20,000 nucleotides of DNA from an uncultured virus (IMG/VR IMGVR_UViG_3300042691_032227) (Duplodnaviria; Heunggongvirae; Uroviricota; Caudoviricetes). Shown one piece after another: positions 15,672-20,000 of the stretch; the stretch's first letter is position 1; every line of letters starts with the position of its first letter. The stretch lies in the IMG/VR virus record IMGVR_UViG_3300042691_032227, one strand, 5' to 3'. The translations under genes and the position numbers were made by a program. Below the pieces are notes generated by a model that saw only the letters and a list, made by a program, of their open reading frames with translations, ran no database searches and was not told where the DNA came from.

Positions 15672-16895
15672 ATGAGTGCAAATCTAGATCAAGATAGAGT
15701 AAGGTGGCCAGGCAGCGGTAGCGCTGTCAACAGTGGAAGTGTACCCTTTGGTTACTATTTAAACGAAACTTGTACAGCTGGAGAAACCACATTCGAAAAT
15801 GACTGTAGTAGCAGTGCAATGTGGGCAGCTAAACGTCTCGGTTATCCAATCATCGATATTGAAATGATCGATGTAAATTTTTACGCTTGTTTTGAAGAAG
15901 CTACACTAGAATATAATCGTGTAATTAACGAATTTAATATCGTAAACAATCTTGTTAGTCTTCAAGGTTTGCCACAAAGCAAATATGACAATCTAACTGG
16001 GTTGGCAATGAAAAGTACAGGTTTGCCTTATGTTGTACAACTAAGCAAACAATATGGTGCAGAAGCACTTGTTGGTGGTGAATATGAAGTAAAACGTAAT
16101 TACATCAACGTTACAGGCAGTGCTGCTCCTGCAAATACAAATCAAGTATATGATCTAAATATATTGATTGGCCAAGATATTGAACATTTAACCAGTTCTC
16201 GTATTGAAGTTAAAAGAGTATTTCATTATAGACCACCTGCTATTGCTCGTATTTATGATCCGTTCAGTATGACAGGTATGAGTTATAGTAACGTACTTAG
16301 TGAAATGGGTTTTAGTGCTTATAGTCCAGCAACACAATTCTTAATGACTCCTATCTTTGAAGATTTGGAACGTGTACAAGCTATCGAATTCAATGATATG
16401 GTTCGTAAGAGTGCTTATAGCTTTGAAATTTTAGGAAATAACAAGTTGAGAATTTTTCCAATTCCAACAGACAGTTTCAGAGTTTACATAGATTATATCG
16501 TTGAAAGTGAACGTGATATTACCAACTTCTTCAGTGGTTCACGTTATGAATATATCAGCGATCCAAGCGATGTGCCTTATGAGTATTGTACATATTGTAA
16601 AATAAATCAGCCGGGCAAACAGTGGATTAAAAAGTATTTTCTAGCACTTTGTAAAGAAACATTGGGACGTATTCTTCAAAAGTATACAACCGTTCCAATT
16701 CCCGGTGGAGAAGTTACTCTTGATGGTGCAGAATTACGTGCTGAAGCTAAGGAAGAAAAAGATGCTCTACTTGAAAAATTGAGAGATATGTTGGAGAAAA
16801 CTCTACGCGTTACTCAATTAGAAAATAAGGGCAAAGAAGGTGAAGAAATGCAGAAAATGCTTGCTAGAGTACCACTACACATTTACATAGGATAA
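15672..16895 (+). CDS. gp13: T4 gp13-like neck protein
   Basis: Motifs WAAKRLGYPIIDIEM and WIKKYFLALCKETLGRILQKYTTVPIPGGEVTLDGAELRAEA, plus gene order. Confidence 0.9.
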   Translation: MSANLDQDRVRWPGSGSAVNSGSVPFGYYLNETCTAGETTFENDCSSSAMWAAKRLGYPIIDIEMIDVNFYACFEEATLEYNRVINEFNIVNNLVSLQGLPQSKYDNLTGLAMKSTGLPYVVQLSKQYGAEALVGGEYEVKRNYINVTGSAAPANTNQVYDLNILIGQDIEHLTSSRIEVKRVFHYRPPAIARIYDPFSMTGMSYSNVLSEMGFSAYSPATQFLMTPIFEDLERVQAIEFNDMVRKSAYSFEILGNNKLRIFPIPTDSFRVYIDYIVESERDITNFFSGSRYEYISDPSDVPYEYCTYCKINQPGKQWIKKYFLALCKETLGRILQKYTTVPIPGGEVTLDGAELRAEAKEEKDALLEKLRDMLEKTLRVTQLENKGKEGEEMQKMLARVPLHIYIG

Positions 16896-16897
16896 TT

Positions 16898-17467
16898 ATG
16901 GCAGCGCCAACCACCCCACAATATCCAAAACAAAATCCAGCTTTTCCACAATATTGGACAAATGGTAGAAAAGATATTGGTATTTACAATCCAAATTATT
17001 CGCCAGGTAGATATTTTTCTCCAAGAGATATCAACATGTTGAGTTCTTTGAATGCTGAATTGATGGGTGATATTATTGAATGTGTAGTTCAAGTATTTAA
17101 GATTGCTACATATGAAACTGTTGTAAACATATATGGCGAAAGTAGTAGTGATAAAGGTAAAGTATTTTATCCAGGTATTAATCTAACAGCGTTGATTCAA
17201 CGTGAAGATATAAATGCTGAAAATCAAGGTTTTGGTCCTGATAGAAAACAGGACATTGTTTATAGATTTAGAGAACGTGATTGTATTATTACAAATTTCT
17301 TTCCTGAAATCGGCGACTTGGTTCTTTACAACGAACGTTATTACGAAGTTGATAATGTTGTACAAGAACAATTTTTAGGCGGTCATCCAGATAAGTCTTG
17401 GAGTTTAATTGTAAATACTCACTATACAAGACTAAGCAAGTTGAATCTCGTAGAAAGACAAACATAA
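16898..17467 (+). CDS. gp14: T4 gp14-like neck/head-completion protein
   Basis: Motifs NIYGES and FPEIGDLVLYNERYYEVDNV. It lies between the gp13-like and gp15-like genes. Confidence 0.78.
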   Translation: MAAPTTPQYPKQNPAFPQYWTNGRKDIGIYNPNYSPGRYFSPRDINMLSSLNAELMGDIIECVVQVFKIATYETVVNIYGESSSDKGKVFYPGINLTALIQREDINAENQGFGPDRKQDIVYRFRERDCIITNFFPEIGDLVLYNERYYEVDNVVQEQFLGGHPDKSWSLIVNTHYTRLSKLNLVERQT

Positions 17468-17470
17468 TAT

Positions 17471-18874
17471 ATGGCATGGGGACCAAACAACGTAAATAAT
17501 CCGAATAACTCTCCCAATCCAATTGAAAAGGGATCTGCTCAATCGGATGTAAAAAAGTATTATAATCGTGCAAACGCAGTACGTCGTGATACAGATAAAG
17601 AAAAAAATCTAACTATTACATTGTTAGATGTTGATACTGCAATAATGAGTACCTTAGAAACTCAATTAAAGTTACAAGTAAATGATAACGGAGAAACAAT
17701 TGCAGTACCAGTTATTTATGGCAATCCAGAAAGATGGTTCGCTGTAAAAAAATACGGTGGTATAAGAGATAATCAAGGCAAAATATTATTGCCAGCGATG
17801 ATGATTCGTAGAAAAAATGTAGAAAACAACAAAGATTTAGCTACATTTAATCGTTATTTAACATATCAAACTATAATGAACTATTCTGAAAAGAATAAGT
17901 ATGATCGTTTTGATTTGATGACTAAAGGATTATTTCCCAGCAAACCAACAAAACAAATTTACAACGTTTCTTTACCGGTACATGTAAACATAACATATGA
18001 GTGTATTATATGGACTGATTACGTGGATCAAAACAATAAGTTGTTGGAACAAATAAATTATGCGGCTAAAGATTACTGGGGTGATCGTGAAAGATTTAAA
18101 TTTAGAGCTAGAGTAGATAGTTACAGCGTCGAACAAGAAGTTAACGAAGGTGAAGACCGTAATGTAAAGACTACATTCGATTTAAATGTACACGCATATT
18201 TATTAAACGAAAACTATACAACTAGTATGAGTGGTATTAAAAACACTACTTCTAAAATGTTTACGGTTCGTAAGGTCGTACTACAAGAAAATGCAGTTTC
18301 TTCAACGGCAGAAATGTTGGCCATTAAACAAAATATAGATGCAGTTCAAAATCAAGATAATAGTAATTTAAAAGACAAACCATCGGATTATGTTGATGTA
18401 ACTGGCCAAGGAACGATGCAGTCTAAACCTAACGTTGTTACAAATAACGATGGTTATAATAAAATTGAGCCTGGAAATATTATAAAAACTATGTTTCACC
18501 CAGCACCAAAATCTCAAACAGATTACGGTGAAAATGGTTGGTTAGCATATGATGCTAAATATATTTATGTATATCAATATCCAGCCGGTTGGTTAAAACG
18601 TGAAATAAATACGTTTGATTATGATTATGCTGCACAAACTTATATCAGCGGTTATGATTGTAATGGCAATCCGATATATACCACGGCTAATAGAAGACCA
18701 ATAAATACAGCGTTTAGAATATTTCAAAGATTCCCAGATAAATTTTATCACCAAGTACCATATCAATCAAGTGATTATGGTCAAGATGGATGGATGAGTT
18801 ATGACGGTAATTATTTTTACATTTACAGTCAAGGTGAATGGAGAAGAGTTCCTATAAGTCTTTTTAATCCTTAA
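17471..18874 (+). CDS. gp15: T4 gp15-like tail terminator/sheath stabiliser with a C-terminal duplicated module
   Basis: Motifs VPVIYGNPERW, ILLPAMMIRR and PVHVNITYECIIWTDYVDQNNKLLEQI, plus synteny with gp13 and gp14. Confidence 0.8.
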   Translation: MAWGPNNVNNPNNSPNPIEKGSAQSDVKKYYNRANAVRRDTDKEKNLTITLLDVDTAIMSTLETQLKLQVNDNGETIAVPVIYGNPERWFAVKKYGGIRDNQGKILLPAMMIRRKNVENNKDLATFNRYLTYQTIMNYSEKNKYDRFDLMTKGLFPSKPTKQIYNVSLPVHVNITYECIIWTDYVDQNNKLLEQINYAAKDYWGDRERFKFRARVDSYSVEQEVNEGEDRNVKTTFDLNVHAYLLNENYTTSMSGIKNTTSKMFTVRKVVLQENAVSSTAEMLAIKQNIDAVQNQDNSNLKDKPSDYVDVTGQGTMQSKPNVVTNNDGYNKIEPGNIIKTMFHPAPKSQTDYGENGWLAYDAKYIYVYQYPAGWLKREINTFDYDYAAQTYISGYDCNGNPIYTTANRRPINTAFRIFQRFPDKFYHQVPYQSSDYGQDGWMSYDGNYFYIYSQGEWRRVPISLFNP

Positions 18875-18938
18875 AAAGTGTAATGATATGGAATCTAGAA
18901 TAACTACACTTGAGAATAAATAATATGAAATAAACAAT

Positions 18939-18976
18939 ATACCCCACTCAATAATATGGGTGGGGTATTTCTTTTT
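18939..18976 (+). terminator. Intrinsic terminator after the neck operon
   Basis: ATACCCCACTCA-ATAATA-TGGGTGGGGTAT forms a 12-bp stem with one G-U pair, followed by TTCTTTTT. Confidence 0.88.
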
Positions 18977-19024
18977 AGTATTATATATAAAAAATATAAT
19001 GTTTTTCTAATCAACGATTATCTG

Positions 19025-19033
19025 ATATTTATA
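19025..19033 (+). promoter_or_regulatory. Putative late promoter ATATTTAT(A)
   Basis: The 8-mer ends 5 nt before ATG 19038 and lies downstream of a terminator. Confidence 0.7.
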
Positions 19034-19037
19034 ACAA

Positions 19038-20000
19038 ATGGCAAGTTGTAATCATAATACATGTCCACCAAGCGCTTGTGTATTAACAAACGCAATAAAA
19101 GACTATAAGAAAGCTAGATCCAGTGTAAATGATGCTAGTCTAAAACCATTTCTTAAAATAATAGAAGCTCTACAAGCTGAAATTAATTGTAAATCAGGTG
19201 GTAATACTTTTTCTACAGGTAAAGCATTTCCTTGTGATAATCCACTAACTACATGGACTTTTAACCACAATCTAGGTAGTAAGTTAGCTCTCATTCAAGT
19301 TTATGATGAAAATTTTAATCAATTAATACCAGAAACAATTGAATTGCTTGACGAAAATACAGCTGAAATTACATTTTCTACACCATCATGTGGATATGCA
19401 GTAGCTAACAGCACACCAACAACATTTTCAGGTACATCCGGCAGCAGTGGATCAAGTACTAGCGGAACAGCTGGTACATCAGGTACATCCGGTAGTAGCG
19501 GTACCAGTGGAGTTTCTGCTAGCAGTGGTTCAAGTGGAACAAGTGGAAGTTCCGCTACTAGTGGTAGTTCAGGTAGTAGTGGTACATCAGGTACAAGCGG
19601 AAGTAGTGGTACAAATGGAAGTTCGGGTACAACCGGATTAAGCGGTACAGGCGGAACTTCAGGTACAGCCGGTAGTAGTGGTACAAGTGGATTAAGTGGA
19701 GGAATTCCTGGATCAAGTGGTACAAGTGGTACTACCGGTGAAAGTGGTACAAACGGTAGTAACGGCACCGGTGGTAGCAGCGGTACAAATGGTAGCGCCG
19801 GTACAAGCGGTACAAGTGGTAGTAGTGGTAATAACGGCACAAGCGGAATTAGTAATAACAGTGGTAGTAGTGGTACAAGTGGAAGTAGTGGTACAAGTGG
19901 TAGTGCGGGTACTACCGGTACAAGTACCATAAGCAAAACAAGCGGTAGCAGTGGTACAAGTGGTAGTAGCGGTACAACTACAACGGATGGCACCTCACAA
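19038..20000 (+). CDS. Putative fibre/virion protein with a Gly-X-Y (GTS/GSS) repeat, 3'-truncated and absent from the ORF track
   Basis: Manual translation from ATG 19038 gives MASCNHNTCPPSAC...TTWTFNHNLGSKLALIQVYDENFNQLIPETIELLDENTAEITFSTPSCGYAV, then GTSGSSGSS..., open to the window end. Confidence 0.88.
   Translation, partial: MASCNHNTCPPSACVLTNAIKDYKKARSSVNDASLKPFLKIIEALQAEINCKSGGNTFSTGKAFPCDNPLTTWTFNHNLGSKLALIQVYDENFNQLIPETIELLDENTAEITFSTPSCGYAVANSTPTTFSGTSGSSGSSTSGTAGTSGTSGSSGTSGVSASSGSSGTSGSSATSGSSGSSGTSGTSGSSGTNGSSGTTGLSGTGGTSGTAGSSGTSGLSGGIPGSSGTSGTTGESGTNGSNGTGGSSGTNGSAGTSGTSGSSGNNGTSGISNNSGSSGTSGSSGTSGSAGTTGTSTISKTSGSSGTSGSSGTTTTDGTSQ
19431..20000 (+). repeat. Degenerate 9-bp coding tandem repeat (GGT ACA AGT / GGT AGT AGT)
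   Basis: About 60 triplets of G-[TS]-[SNTA] with a few interruptions (ASS, ATS, GGIP, NNS, TISKTS, TTD). Confidence 0.92.

Noticed and set aside
18875..19037. Possible tRNA or ncRNA in the largest intergenic gap
   Set aside because: The gap is explained by a terminator, an AT-rich spacer and the promoter motif. No cloverleaf is visible.
19319..19993. 224-aa Pro/Leu/Val ORF on the - strand, and the 19447 and 19696 + ORFs
   Set aside because: These are other-frame readings of the GTS/GSS repeat. The real frame starts at ATG 19038, behind the promoter motif.
19431..20000. Possible CRISPR array or non-coding satellite
   Set aside because: It has 9-bp periodicity with synonymous variation and no repeat-spacer structure, so it is a coding repeat.
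1..20000. Stop-codon recoding, as seen in some large phages
   Set aside because: Marker genes are full length in the standard code and coding density is high. No in-frame TAG/TGA interruptions were seen.

Overview
AT-rich segment of a large T4-like (myovirus-type) phage genome, read in the standard code. The + strand carries a head module: portal (5'-truncated), two conserved hypotheticals, prohead protease, a small core-like protein, scaffold, and a 609-aa major capsid protein followed by an intrinsic terminator. Further on, it carries a basic-domain protein, a cupin-like protein, a Gp88-like Cys-cluster protein, neck gp13/gp14, a gp15-like tail terminator and the start of a (Gly-Thr/Ser-Ser)n fibre protein. 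Between capsid and neck lies a - strand accessory block: a lipoprotein/coiled-coil/TM protein (u-spanin-like architecture), a DUF3307-like membrane protein, a minimal MscS-like protein, a 9-ankyrin-repeat class III nucleotide cyclase with intact catalytic residues but a non-canonical base-selection site, a coupled 71-aa ORF, and a Mom-like DNA-modification enzyme behind a consensus sigma70 promoter. A recurrent ATATTTAT motif lies 4-6 nt before six start codons, including an 18-bp palindrome that contains both ATGs of a divergent gene pair. Family assignments come from motif recognition by eye, not database searches.
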